From assembly GCF_006345805.1 (NCBI RefSeq), contig NC_042998.1:41292001-41356000 (forward strand): a stretch of DNA of 64,000 nucleotides, in the 5' to 3' direction. Position 1 is the first letter of the stretch. Every line of letters starts with the position of its first letter. The notes under the pieces are model-generated. The model searched no databases, was not told the origin of the DNA, and was given only the letters and a program-made list of their open reading frames with translations. Source of the stretch: Octopus sinensis. Its lineage: Eukaryota. The position numbers were made by a program, and so were the translations under genes. This document shows positions 50,279 to 62,552 of the stretch, in pieces.

Positions 50279-51005
50279 CTAGCATTAAAGACCCGTCGTT
50301 ACCAGGTCATAGTGCTAGTGCATGTATATATGTGTATATATATGTGTACATATTACATGTACATCTATATATATACATCTACACATAAAATGCAAAATAC
50401 AAAGTTATATCTTGATATCGCTAGTGATAACAATACTCAAAATATATAACAGACTGGAATTGTTAGCTCTTCTTTTTTCTCTACATTGTATACTTTATAG
50501 ACAATAGTCTTTTCTTTAATTTAATTTTTTATTATCCATCTGGACTATTCCATTTCTGTACGCTAATCTTATTTTTAATTTATTCCCATTCATGTGAAAC
50601 CACTTATTCAAGTTCAAATAATTGATGCAATTTTATACCAATTGCTATTTTTACTTTTGTTATGTTATGGTTATATTATACTTTAGTTTGATTTTAATTA
50701 TCACTTACTACATATAATTCAATTGTTATTATTATTTTTATTGTTAAAGTGAAAGCATCTGACATAAAATAGAGAAATATTTTTGTTTCACTTTTAACAC
50801 GTAATACTGAAATAGTGAAGAAGATATGATATTGCTTTGGGCTCGATCTAGGCAAGAAGTTGAACATTTTTTTTTGCAGATGACACTCCCCGGACCCTAA
50901 GTAAGGCATGTGTAAAATTTGAATGAAATTGGTTGTGTAGTTCTCAAGTTTTAGGGAAACACACAGACAGACAGACACACATTCTCAGTTTTATATATAT
51001 AAAGA
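50279..51005 (-). mobile_element. Non-autonomous Helitron-like element, same terminus family as 47185
   Basis: Minus strand A|TCTTTATATATATAAAAC...TGTGTCTGTCTG ... CTAGCACTATGACCTGGTAACGACGGGTCTTTAATGCTAG|T. Confidence 0.8.
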
Positions 51006-51013
51006 TATATGTA

Positions 51014-51055
<42 letters not shown>

Positions 51056-51056
<1 letters not shown>

Positions 51057-52340
51057 TGGCATGGTTGGGTGGTTTGACTGGGGCTGGAAGGCTGCACCAG
51101 ACTCCTGTCTTATTTGACAGTGTGTAATGGGTGCATTAACATACCACCGGCATAGGTTCCCTTTGTGTGACACCAGTATCTGCCACTACTGGCTTGATGG
51201 TTCTTCTTCTAAAGCACAATATAATGCCAAAGGTCTTGGTCATTTGTCATTACCGCCATGAGGCCCAACACTCAAAATGTGCTTTTTACATGCCACTGAC
51301 ATGGGTGCCAGTTACGTGACACTAGCATCAGCCACAACTAGGATTTCACCTGGCTTGACAGGTTTTCTGAAGCACAACATATCACCAAAGGTCTCTGTCC
51401 CCAGTCATTGCCTCTGTGAGGCCCAAAGTTTTCAGATCATGCTTCACCACCTCGTTCCATGTCTTCCTAGGTCTACCTCTGCCACAGGTACCTTCCACAG
51501 TTGGAGATCAGCACTTCTTTACACAGATGTTCATACACATCAAATGACCATACCAGCACAATCATCTCTTGCACACCACATCTGATGTCACTTATGTTCA
51601 ACTTTTCTTTCAAGATGCTTACACTCTGATAAACATGCACACTGGCATTGCACATCCAGCGAAGCATACTAGCTTCATTTATTTCAAGTGTACACATGTC
51701 CTCTGCTGTCATGGCCCATGTTTCACTAACATGTAGCATAGCTGTTTGCACACAAGCATCATATAATGCCTTTCACTTTGAGGGAGAAGCACTTTGTTAC
51801 CAGCAGAGGTAGGAACTCTCTGAACTTTGCCCAGCCTATTCTTATTCTCACAGCTGTGCTCTTGGGGCATCCACCTCCACTACTAACTTGGTTGTCTAGA
51901 TAACGGAAGCTATCTACAATCTCTAGCTTACCCCATTGGCAATTGATGGAGTCTATTTTCTGTACATTTTTGGTGTTTATTGTACCTGTGTAACATCCAC
52001 ACACAAAACATATTCTCCCTGTTAACCTTACTCTGATATTGCTTCACCTCTTATGTGTTCATAGCTTACACCTGATACATCTTATGGAGTTTCTACCTAT
52101 GCCTTTTCTACAGATTCAATAGAGCCATTTACCTGAAGAGATTTGGGATTTGTCTGCCTTCCTACTTACTAAGACATTGGTTTTTTGTTAGGTTAACTCT
52201 AAGGCCCTTCAATTCTAGACCTTGCTTCCATACCTGAAACTTCTTTAGTTCTGGTAATGAATCAGCTATAACAACATAGACATGAGCATAGAAGAGCTCC
52301 CAGGGGCTGAGGTCTAATCCTTGGACCTGAATTCTTAGCT
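51056..52340 (-). mobile_element. RTE LINE fragment (RT C-terminal half plus 3' UTR)
   Basis: ORFs 51473..51751 and 51759..52004: KLEIVDSFRYL...RIRIGWAKFREFLPLLVTK, AMLHVSETWAMTAED...NEASMLRWMCN. Confidence 0.9.
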
Positions 52341-52464
52341 GTATTCTTTGTTAGCTAACAACTGATTTACAAGGGTCCATTCTCTGTGTTTGCTTGTCCC
52401 GTTTCCTATTTTTTCCTTGTTTACGTATTTCATGTTACTTGCACCATTGGTGATGGCCATTATA

Positions 52465-52836
52465 TGCATGTAAATATATTTATATATATATTATATATAT
52501 TTTATATGTATATAAATATATATATTAGATGTATATAGATATATATATGTGTATATATTTTATATGTGTATATATTTTATATGTATGTATATATATATTT
52601 TTATATGTGTATATATTTTATATGTATATATATATATTTTTTATATGTATATATATATTATATATATATATATTTATATATATATATATATTATTTGTAT
52701 ATTTTATATATATATATATATTATTTGTATATTTTATGTATATATATATATTATATTTTATATATATATATATTTGTATATTTTATATATATATATATAT
52801 TATTTGTATATTTTATATATATATATTTGTATATTT

Positions 52837-52883
<47 letters not shown>

Positions 52884-52910
52884 ATATAATATATGTTTAT
52901 GTATATATGT
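52465..52910. repeat. Compound TA-rich array with ~30-bp higher-order units (tattatttgtatattttat(a/g)tatatata)
   Basis: Seen directly. Confidence 0.95.
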
Positions 52911-52911
52911 A

Positions 52912-54340
52912 CTAGCTGGTGTAGCCAGTAATTTCCGGTGGGTAAAGATGTTCTATTGAAATGTCTTATTACTCTGATATAAGAAAGCAATTTCATTATG
53001 ACTGCCACAAGAGGTGTATTTTCCGTTGCAAAAAAGTACAAAAAACTGTCAGCTGGAGAGGGGAGTCTCCATTCCAGCCCCTGGTGGCCTAGAAGAAGTT
53101 AGAAGTGTCTAGTGACAACGACATTATTCTGCTTAGCAAAGGCATCTGGGAAATGTATAACTGCTCTCATTGACAGGAAAACAATTCTTTTTAACATGAG
53201 AAAAGCAATGTTGAATTGTTAAGTGAAATTTGGTGATACTGTCATGGAAAAAGTGTAACTGTAAAAATGCAAACTTATCAGAGTAATGGGCATTCAAAAC
53301 AGTATGAATGAAGTCTTTAAGGTTTAACATTAAAATCAAGGAAGTGCAATAATAATGTTTAGCAGCAGTTCAAAACTGAGTAGTGAAATGCAAAATTAAG
53401 TCTGCTGATCCTGAGAATTAAATATTGATCACTTCGCTAAAAACTGCAGGTGTTATGGGTTGTTGAAATAAAATATTAGTAATGGGTATTTGATAAAAGG
53501 ATCCATTGGAGGGGCCCAATTATCGATTTTTGTCAACAATCTAAGTATGTCACGAGGTTTCCAGACATGAGTTTTACTCACATGTCAAATAAAGTATAAA
53601 AGTTATATTGTCTCCAAAAATTAGAAATTGGACACACTAATATCAATATTCACGGTAACTGAACATAAACAATGAAACCTGTAAAACATTTCTAAATTCG
53701 ATGGCTCAATTAGTTTCATGAAAATGTATGAACTGTAAATAAACATTAAATATTGTGATTTGTAAAATAAGTATAAGTGATACAGGGTGTCCCAACTGAA
53801 TGTGGTGTAGAAGTTTGGTTGAATTTTTAAAGAATTTTAAGCATTCAAAGTATGAGTTCATTGTATTGGTACACAGTTATTAAATACGTTCTGGAATCAA
53901 AAATTTATGTACTGTCATCGAAAAATTTTAACTAGAAAAATGCAGAATTATCGGAGTTATGGGCATTGAATGTGTACATGCATCAAGAAAGTGCAATAAT
54001 AAGGTTTAGCAGTTGGAAACTGGGCATAGAGAAATGCAGAATTACGTCTACTGATCATGAGAATTAAATATTGATCACTTCACTAAAAACTAACAACTGT
54101 AAGTGCAGGGGCTATGGGTTATTATTTCCCCTGGGTGTTTAAAAAAAATGAGTTATATGATGTAGATATAAAGATCCCTTCTAGGGGCCGTATTAACGAT
54201 TTTTTAAACAATCTGAGTATGTCACAAGGTTGTGAGACATGAGTCCTACTCTTGTGACTAGTTTCATCAAAATCAATAAAACGATGTAAGAGTTAGCTAA
54301 CAACGCCACAAACACTCCGATTTTCCACTTACGTAGTAGA
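52912..54340 (-). mobile_element. Non-autonomous Helitron-like element (~1.43 kb) with an internal ~343-bp diverged duplication
   Basis: Minus strand A|TCTACTACGTAAG ... ccggaaattactgg hairpin ... CCAGCTAG|T. Direct repeats 53237-53579 and 53910-54251. TA arrays on both sides. Confidence 0.7.
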
Positions 54341-54432
54341 TATATATATATGTATGTATATATATATATGTATTTTGCATGTATATTTTATATAAGTATA
54401 TATATTTTATATATATATATATATTATATATA

Positions 54433-54477
<45 letters not shown>

Positions 54478-54724
54478 TTCCATGTCTTGACATTTATTGT
54501 TTTATATATTTTTTCCTTTTTGATTGTGTGATTGTGTACATGTGTGAGTATATGTATGTATGTATTAAATGTGTATGTGTGTGTATATATGTGTATGCAT
54601 GTATGTATATGAGTTTGGACTGTTTCCGGTGTATAAGTGTGACTTTCATGCACACATCTCCTTATATACGTATATGCATATGCTTGCATATCTACAGTTG
54701 TAGGTGTGTGATACAGTATATTCA

Positions 54725-54771
<47 letters not shown>

Positions 54772-54847
54772 TTGTGTACATATGTACAAATATGTATATG
54801 CATATATTCATATGAGTATATATGTATATGCATACATTCATATGCAC

Positions 54848-54883
<36 letters not shown>

Positions 54884-54901
54884 ATACGTATATATGTATA
54901 C

Positions 54902-54946
<45 letters not shown>

Positions 54947-55140
54947 GCATATATTTATATGTATAAATGTCTAATATATATGTAGGCATACACCTATGTG
55001 TACATGAGGATGAAGTTGCGTGCATATATGTGTGTGTGTGTCTGCATTTGTTGGGATATGTGTATGAGTACATAAAAGCACATATGTTTGTGTGTATGGG
55101 CATATGCATGTTTGTGTGTGTGTGCACATATGTGGACATT
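54341..55140. repeat. Compound (TA)n/(TG)n low-complexity array; a further array at 55500-55725
   Basis: Seen directly. Explains ORF 54297..55139. Confidence 0.95.
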
Positions 55141-55640
55141 ATGAATGCACAAGGTTTTTATGTCTATGTATTGTGAGAATATAGTTGCATGTATTTTTTT
55201 AATCTTTTATATTTTTTCCACCCTATCAGAGTAACTTCCCTTTCACTCAGCAATTTTTTTATATCGCGTCTATTAGCATAATAGCCGACGAGAATGCATC
55301 ATAGCACATAGCTCCGACATTTCAAACTCTTGAGTCCTATTATGACAACTTACTGATTGCCGTAAACTATACATGTTTCAATTCCTCTATTTACCTCATC
55401 AAGGTTTCATTCTTTGGTCGTCATTTTTTTATTATTATTACTATAATTCAACTTAAGATAAAAGTAAACAAAGTTTCTTTTAGAAGCATTGAGATGTATT
55501 GGAAGTATATATATATATGTGTGTGTGTAGATATGCATATATATGTGTATATATATGTGTGTGTGTATATATATATATATATACTTATATATATATGCAT
55601 ATATATATATGTTTGCGTATATATGTATGTGTGTGTGTAT

Positions 55641-55710
<70 letters not shown>

Positions 55711-55727
55711 TACATATATATATACAC

Positions 55728-57490
55728 AAAAAGGAACAAGATTCCAAGGGAGAGGAAGATCCTCATTTGTTGATGGACGAAGGTTGCAAATCTCTTCAAC
55801 CAACATTCCAAAATTAGCGAAAGGTCCCGCCTAAAAACAACATTGATGGAGATTGACAAAAGCTTGCAACAATACTATGTGAGGCGAAAAAGCAGACAAA
55901 GATGCCTAGGTTATAAAAAACATTAAGTCAAACCCATAAGCCTTCTTTTATTATCCGAAAGAAACAGACTCATTACGTTGTAAGATAGTACCCCTCTTCC
56001 AAAAGGATGGCTCCCTCACAGATAGTCCTGTCAGGATCAGTGAGGTACTGAATGACCAGTTCAAAAATTTCTTTACCACCCTGCTGGAAGACAGACAAGT
56101 GAACAAACCAGTGGATTTCTTTGCTGCCTCACCTATAACCAACAAGGCAGTTATGATGGATTACATCAACATTAGCGAAGAAAATATACTACTAGCCATA
56201 GATGAGGTGGATGCAAACTCAACTGATGGTCCTGATGGTTTCCCAGCAATCCTTCTCAAATCATGTAAGCATGCCCTGGCGAAACATCTGCAGATTCTCT
56301 TCCAGAGCTTTCTAGCAAAAGGCAGGCTGCCAAGCAAACTGAAGGAGGGAATAATATGTCTAATCCATAAAGGGAGAACCAGAGCAGATGCCAAAAACTA
56401 TAGGCCTATCTCTCTGATATCACACATCAGCAAAGTCATGGAACGGATAGTCAGAGGGAAACTAATCGCGTTCCTTGAAGAAAACAACTTACTTAGTGAT
56501 ACCCAGCATAGCTTTCGACCAAGTAGGAGCTGCCTGACCCAGCTCTTATGGCACTGATTAGGTGTTGAGGCATTTACTCAACAACTCAAATGTGGATGTA
56601 ATATACCTTTGCAAAAGCTTTTGATAAAGTTGATCATGGTATAATATGCCACAAACTGCATGATCTTGGCAAAGCTAGGAAAGTGGTTACATGACTTTCT
56701 GAAAGATAGAACTCCGGCAGTAGTAACCAATGTAGCCACCTTAATGAAAACACAAATAGTGAATGGTGTTCCACAGGGCACTGTCTTGGGACCACTGCTT
56801 TTCATAGTGGCCCTCTCAGATATGCCTTCAACTACCCAGATAGCAACCCTTGCTAGCTAGGCAGACAATATGAAAGTCTTGCAGAAAATACTGAACCCCA
56901 GCGTTGTTGCACACATGCAGCAGAAGTTGGACTCAATTTACAAATGGGCTGAGGATAATAATATGCAGTTTAATGCTGAAAAATACCAATCCCTGCACTA
57001 CCAGCATCCAAACTGAATATGAAACTTACAGGGTACACTGGTCCACAGGGGATTACATTCCCAGAGCTTAAATTAGTGAGGGACCTGGGTATCGACATGA
57101 ATGATAATGCCTCTTTCCAAGTGCACATTTCTAGAATGGCAAATTAAGTGCTGATGACTGGCTAGATGGATCCTGAGAACGTTCAGAACCAGAGAAAAGG
57201 AAGCCATGATGGTCCTCTGGGGAACATTTGTCCTCAGCTGCCTGGATTACTGCTCCCAGCTATGGTCACCCAACAGTGTAAAATTAACAGCAGAGCTTCA
57301 CAAAGAAGATTGTCTCATTGCAACAGCTCAGTTACTGGGAAAGGCTGAAACAACTAAGACCCTATTCCCTGGAGCGAAGGCAGGAGAGGTATGCATTAAT
57401 ATACAGCTGGAATTTTGGCATCGAAAGCTACACCAATGCCAGAATGGGTTGACACTGCATAGTGCCAAAGATCCCAGCGCTTCAGGACCA
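55728..57490 (+). mobile_element. CR1/L2/Jockey-type LINE relic with reverse transcriptase (pseudogenised)
   Basis: GPDGFPAILLK, NYRPISLISHISKVMERIV, QHSFRPSRSCLTQL, FAKAFDKVDHG, GVPQGTVLGPLLF. The catalytic YADD reads stop-A-D-N. Stops and frameshifts throughout. Confidence 0.92.
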
Positions 57491-58745
57491 GTTACTGCAA
57501 CAGCCTGGTTTCAGGGGTCCACATCACCATTGATTTTTAGGTGGCACTTTGAGTCTAGGATATCAGTTTTGTTGTGCTGGGCAGGTCTTCTTGAGTACAG
57601 CAATGTGCCACACGTCTTGGTCCTTTGTCATCTCCTTCACAAGGCCCAGCATTTTGAGATTGGCCTTCAATATTTTATCCCACGTCTTCTGTGGTCTCCC
57701 AGTTCCACAACTTCCCTCCACTTTGAGTCATTGACACATCTTTATGCAACTGTCCTCATCCACATTGCATGACCAAACCAGCACAGTCTTCTCTCTTACC
57801 TAACTTTTTTTTCTATACGCCAGTGCTCTGTCACACATGTACACTAACATTGCACATCCAGTGGAGTATATCAGCTTTGCTCTCTCTAGTCTTCACATGT
57901 CCTCTGCATTCAGAGCCTATGTCTGCACTGTAACATCGCAGTTCGTACACATGCATTATACATTTTTCTTTTCACTCAGAAAGAAAGATTCTTTTTTATC
58001 AACAAAGATTAAAAACTCTCTGAACCATTACCGTCCTATTCTTATTCTAGCAATTTACATTGTTGTTGCATCATCCTCCAATGCTAATTAGGTCGCCTAA
58101 GTAGCAGAAATTATCTACTAGTTCCAGAGAGCCTCCAGACATTTGAGGGAATCAGTTTCCTGTGCAACTGTAGTCTTTATGACTCTTGTACATCTTCCAT
58201 ATACAAACACTACTTTCTCTGTTAACCTTTCTACTATTCCACCACATGCCTTGTGCGTCCATAGCTTGTACTGGATACACTGAATGGGTTGTCTGCCTAC
58301 ACCTTTCCTACATATTGAGCAGGGTCATTTACCTGAAGGAGGTAGGGTCCTGTCTGACTTATTGCATATTAGGACTTTGGTTTTTGCTAAGTCAATTTTA
58401 AAACCCTTTGATTCCAGGTTTTGTTTCCACATCTGGAATTTCTTTTCTAGCTCTGTTACAGATTCTGCTATGAATACAAGATCATCAGCATTTAGTAGTT
58501 CCCATCGCCTTCATGTCTTAAATTACTGTTATGACCTAGAGGACGATGATGAATAGGAGGGTGCTGAGAACCAAGCCTTAGTGAACACCTATTTTTGCAC
58601 TAAAATTGTCACTGTACTCATGACTAACACTTGCTTTTTTAACAGCACCCATGTTTATGGCCTGTACAGTTGTCACAAACTATTTGTCTACCCCTAGCTT
58701 ACTCAGAGACCACCATATCACACATCAAGCTATTCTGTGGAACAC
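57490..58745 (-). mobile_element. RTE LINE fragment, decayed
   Basis: Minus strand ELLNADDL, EGSCGTGRPQKTWDK and the RTE 3' region. Confidence 0.85.
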
Positions 58746-59470
58746 TTTATATATGTGTGTAAGGAAAAGAGATGACACAGGAAAGACGATGGTTATGTTA
58801 TAAACTTCATTAGCTTACAGCTGTTTCTGCTATAATATGCAGTGGACTCAAAGTTGAGTGCTTGAATAACATCGTATAGCTTCATCAGAGCCTTGGGTAT
58901 GAAGTGCAGTTTATTTGGGAACAAAAAGAATTACATTTGGGCAATATACTAGGAAGGCATTACCAGTGAGAAAGTCATTACTGATGTATATACATTCGTG
59001 TGTGTGTGTGTCTGCATGTGCTTTTTGGGTGTGTGCATGTGCATAAATATATATATATATGTATACTTACACACACACACACACACATATATAATTGAAG
59101 AAATTGGAGTCAACAAGAAGGAATATGATTGGAACAGTTATTTTTTAATCACTACAATTTGTTTCCACCCAGTGTGGTTCTCCTAAAATACGCGTATTTA
59201 ATTATGCAATTGTTTGTTTGCGTAAGGGGATCCAGTTGTGTTTCCTCAGGTGATATTCAAGTGTTGTCTCCATTTGTTTAAAATCTTTGACTTCAAGATC
59301 ATCTCATTCACCCATCTTGGTTTGAATTTTGCAGCAGTTGGTAGATTCATGTTGTTTGCTACCAGTGTATGGTAGTGGATATCTGTTTTGGTATCGGCTA
59401 ATTGCTGACCTGTTCTTCATGGTTGGCTGCACGTGCAATTTTTATTAGCTGATCTTCAGTATTCAGTGGT
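58745..59470 (-). mobile_element. Penelope-like element 3' end (GIY-YIG C-terminal relic plus ctgatgaagc...gaaacagctg tail)
   Basis: Minus strand RPLNT...HTIHW...WVNEMILKSK-like remnants; tail motif at about 58815-58890. Confidence 0.55.
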
Positions 59471-60003
59471 CTGATACATACACACACAGAGACTCACACA
59501 TGCCCTCCTACATACAAGCAAACCTATGTATATATGTCTTTATACACACAGATATGCTCACATATACTCATATACACATGCATTCAGATACATACATATA
59601 TACACTCACACATACCCTCCCACACACAAACAACCCCATGTATATATGCCTATATACACACACAGATATGCTCACATATGCTACATACATACACATTCAC
59701 GTACACACGCACATCATCATTTAACGTCCGTTTTCCACGCTTGCACGGGTTAGACGGTAATATATATATATACATATATTTAGGCATCCATATATACTAC
59801 AAATACATATGTTTACACATATACATACAGAGATCAACATATCCACTTATTCACTTATATATACATAGTTATATAAGTAAATATCTAACAGTTGAATAAT
59901 CAAATACCTGTATTTTTGGAAAACCACATTGGGTGGAAACAATTAGAGTGATTGAAAAATAACTGCCCAACCATACTTTTTGTTGATTCCAATTTCTTCA
60001 ATT
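59093..60003. repeat. Diverged ~105-bp inverted repeat (59093-59199 and 59902-60003)
   Basis: aattgaagaaattggagtcaacaa...gtttccacccagtgtggtt versus aaccacattgggtggaaac...ttgttgattccaatttcttcaatt. Confidence 0.9.
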
Positions 60004-60521
60004 TTATATTCACTCATGATGAATACCCAACATAAACCTGGAAGTATATAATAATGCTACTGGATCGTATTGGGTAATTCTGAGGCTGGATGAGCTTTAT
60101 ACTGTACTCTGCCATGTTCCTAATGGAATATACCATAACTGTATTTTCTTCTTGTAAATCTAATTGCCTTTTGGACATACACTTTTTTATATACATCAGA
60201 AATGACACTCTCAATGGTAATGCCTTCCCTGTATATTGCACTCATTATTTTTTTTCCCCCAAATAAATTGCACTTCATGTCCAAGGCTCCAATGAAGCTA
60301 TAGGATGTTATTCAGGCACTCAACTTTGAGTCCACTGCATCTAATAGCAGAAACAGCTGTAAGTCAATGACATTCATAACGCACCCATTGTTTCTCTCTT
60401 TTTCTTATTACTACTCCTATACTCATCTAACACTTTGTTCTGAACATACATATATTGACATCACCACCAGGTTATTAGTCTCGCAATGCCTAAGTGAAAT
60501 CTATATATACATCTATATATA

Positions 60522-61973
60522 TCAGGTTGTGTTTTAAGTTCTCTGTGGTTTTTAGTCTTTAACAGTACAAACATGGTTTTTAATACTGTAGATTTAATCT
60601 ACATATATAATTTTCCTCGTTTTCTCTCTCGTCTCTTAATCTTTTTGTAAGTTTCTGAATATTTGATTTGCAAAATTTCTTGAGTTTTGAATTAAAAAAT
60701 ATATTTAAGTCATTTTCTGTAACTTCCCTGCTGTCTATCTAAATGATTTGGCAACAATCTAAATAAGTGGAAGTCTGATGGAACATGGTTTGGAGAATAT
60801 GGAGAGTGGAGCATTTTTTCACCACCCAGAACATTTTTAGTAACTTGTGTAGTTTTTGCGTTATCTTGATGGAAGAAAACCACTTTTCTGTGATTTATTA
60901 AGACAGGAAGTTTCCATCCAAAGTGATTCTTCAAGCCATGAAGTTACTGACAGAAGATGTCACAAGTGATTATTTTATTTCACCCTAAGGCTCATAATGA
61001 ATTTTTTTTCTCTATCCCTCTAAACCTTTTTAACCTTGCGTAACCCTTAAAATAAATTGCATGTCTCCAGGAACCCCTGCACAAAAAAATTATGTACCAT
61101 ATTTTTCTCATATTTTTTTCATCATAGTACATAAGGTAAATATATAAATATATCATGAAATTAGCATTATCTCACTCTTTCTTGCGGAATCCTATGTTTC
61201 CGGGGAACCCCAGTGTAGAAACGCTACTCTAAACACATAGTAAAATTTACTTTGGATGAAGTCCCCCTTGCAAATGTGTTACACATTTAGGATTTAGGTT
61301 CAATTACTGTCTGCAGTGTTTAACATTGCTGTAAAAAATCCAGTTCTCATACCCAGTCATGTACTAGTTTAAAGATGGTCTTTGGAGTTTACATGAATGG
61401 AGTGATTCTCAGCAGTCAGGCCTTTGGTGATAATTTGCTGCTGAAATAGCATGAGTCCATTTGCCTCATTTTGAAAGTTTACCTATCTTTTTCAAGTGAT
61501 TATGAATGTTCATAATGCTAATATTAAATCCACTGGAAAGCTCTCTTTCACTGTCACAGCAAGATTCTTTGCAAGTGTTGTCTCTAGCATTACATCATCC
61601 AATTCAGGTTATTTCGATCTAGGTTCATTCAATGAAATTGAAATTGCCACATCTGAATTTTTCAATCTAGCTTCTCCATATTTTCATTCACTCCATCTTG
61701 AATATTTCTGGCTGATTTGCTGCATTAAAATCTCAAGAAACTTGTGAAGTATAATGTGACAAATTTGTTGCATTCGATGTAGTTTTATAAAAGATTCTTC
61801 ATACAGAAAATTAGTATACTAAAATATGGTTGTTGCTTTATAAGAACTCCTTGTGAAATGATTGTGCGTCAATTAATGCCGCGAATGTTTATAGCTTTCA
61901 TTTTTCAAAAGAAAAAATACTGGTTTCAACAAGCTCAAACTCATAATTGGACAGAACTTTCTGTACAACTTGA
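60522..61973 (-). mobile_element. Mariner DNA transposon relic, interrupted by a probable MITE at about 60960-61230
   Basis: C-terminal HQDNA...HSPYSPNHVPSDFHLFR (60710-60934). N-terminal HNHLKKIGKLSK*GKW (about 61460-61510). Degenerate TA-flanked termini tcaggttgtg...aagttct / agaacttt...caacttga. Confidence 0.85.
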
Positions 61974-62169
61974 TATACATTTGTGTGTGCATGTGTTCCA
62001 GACAAGTTTTAATCAAAATGTTATTGCAAGTTTTGTTCACTTTTTAACTATTTACATCTAGTTCTGTAGTACTATGCCCCACCAAAATATTGCCACACCC
62101 AACCTTCAAAAACACTGGCATATATATATGTGTGTGAAAATATATATATATATAATGATGATTTTATAT

Positions 62170-62341
62170 ATTTTTTCTCTCCTTGTTTTTCTCATTGTTT
62201 TTTTCTGTGTCCCTTTCTGTAGAAGAGCGTAGGCTCGAAATGTAAAAGACTTTTTCTATTCCTGAACGTTATTCTAATACATCTGTTTTGTTTTGTACAC
62301 CACCTGTCTTCGTCTTTTGTTTTTTTCATAAACTCTCCCTA
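62170..62341 (+). mobile_element. Penelope-like terminal fragment (copy of 34925-35112)
   Basis: Shares ~150 bp with the 34.9-kb copy, and both end at a (TA)n run. Confidence 0.6.
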
Positions 62342-62345
62342 TATA

Positions 62346-62520
62346 TATCATTAATGTCTGCTTTCCATGCTGGCATAGGAAAGACAGTTTGACTGAAACT
62401 GGTAAGGCAGAGAGCTGCAAAAAGTTTCATTCAGATCTGGCATGGTTTCTATAGTTGGATGCCTTTCTCAATGACAACCACTCCAAGGGTGTAATGGATG
62501 CTTTTTACATGCAATTGGTA
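62346..62520 (-). mobile_element. RTE 3' UTR fragment
   Basis: cattaatgtctgctttccatgctggcat...tttctatagttggatgcctttctcaatgacaaccactcc. Confidence 0.8.
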
Positions 62521-62521
62521 C

Positions 62522-62552
<31 letters not shown>

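Noticed and set aside
52529-55859. Long ORFs including the 280-aa ORF 54297..55139
   Set aside because: Microsatellite artefacts with no protein-like composition.
56099-56860. Reverse-transcriptase ORFs as an active or domesticated gene
   Set aside because: Broken by stops and frameshifts, and the catalytic YADD is destroyed.
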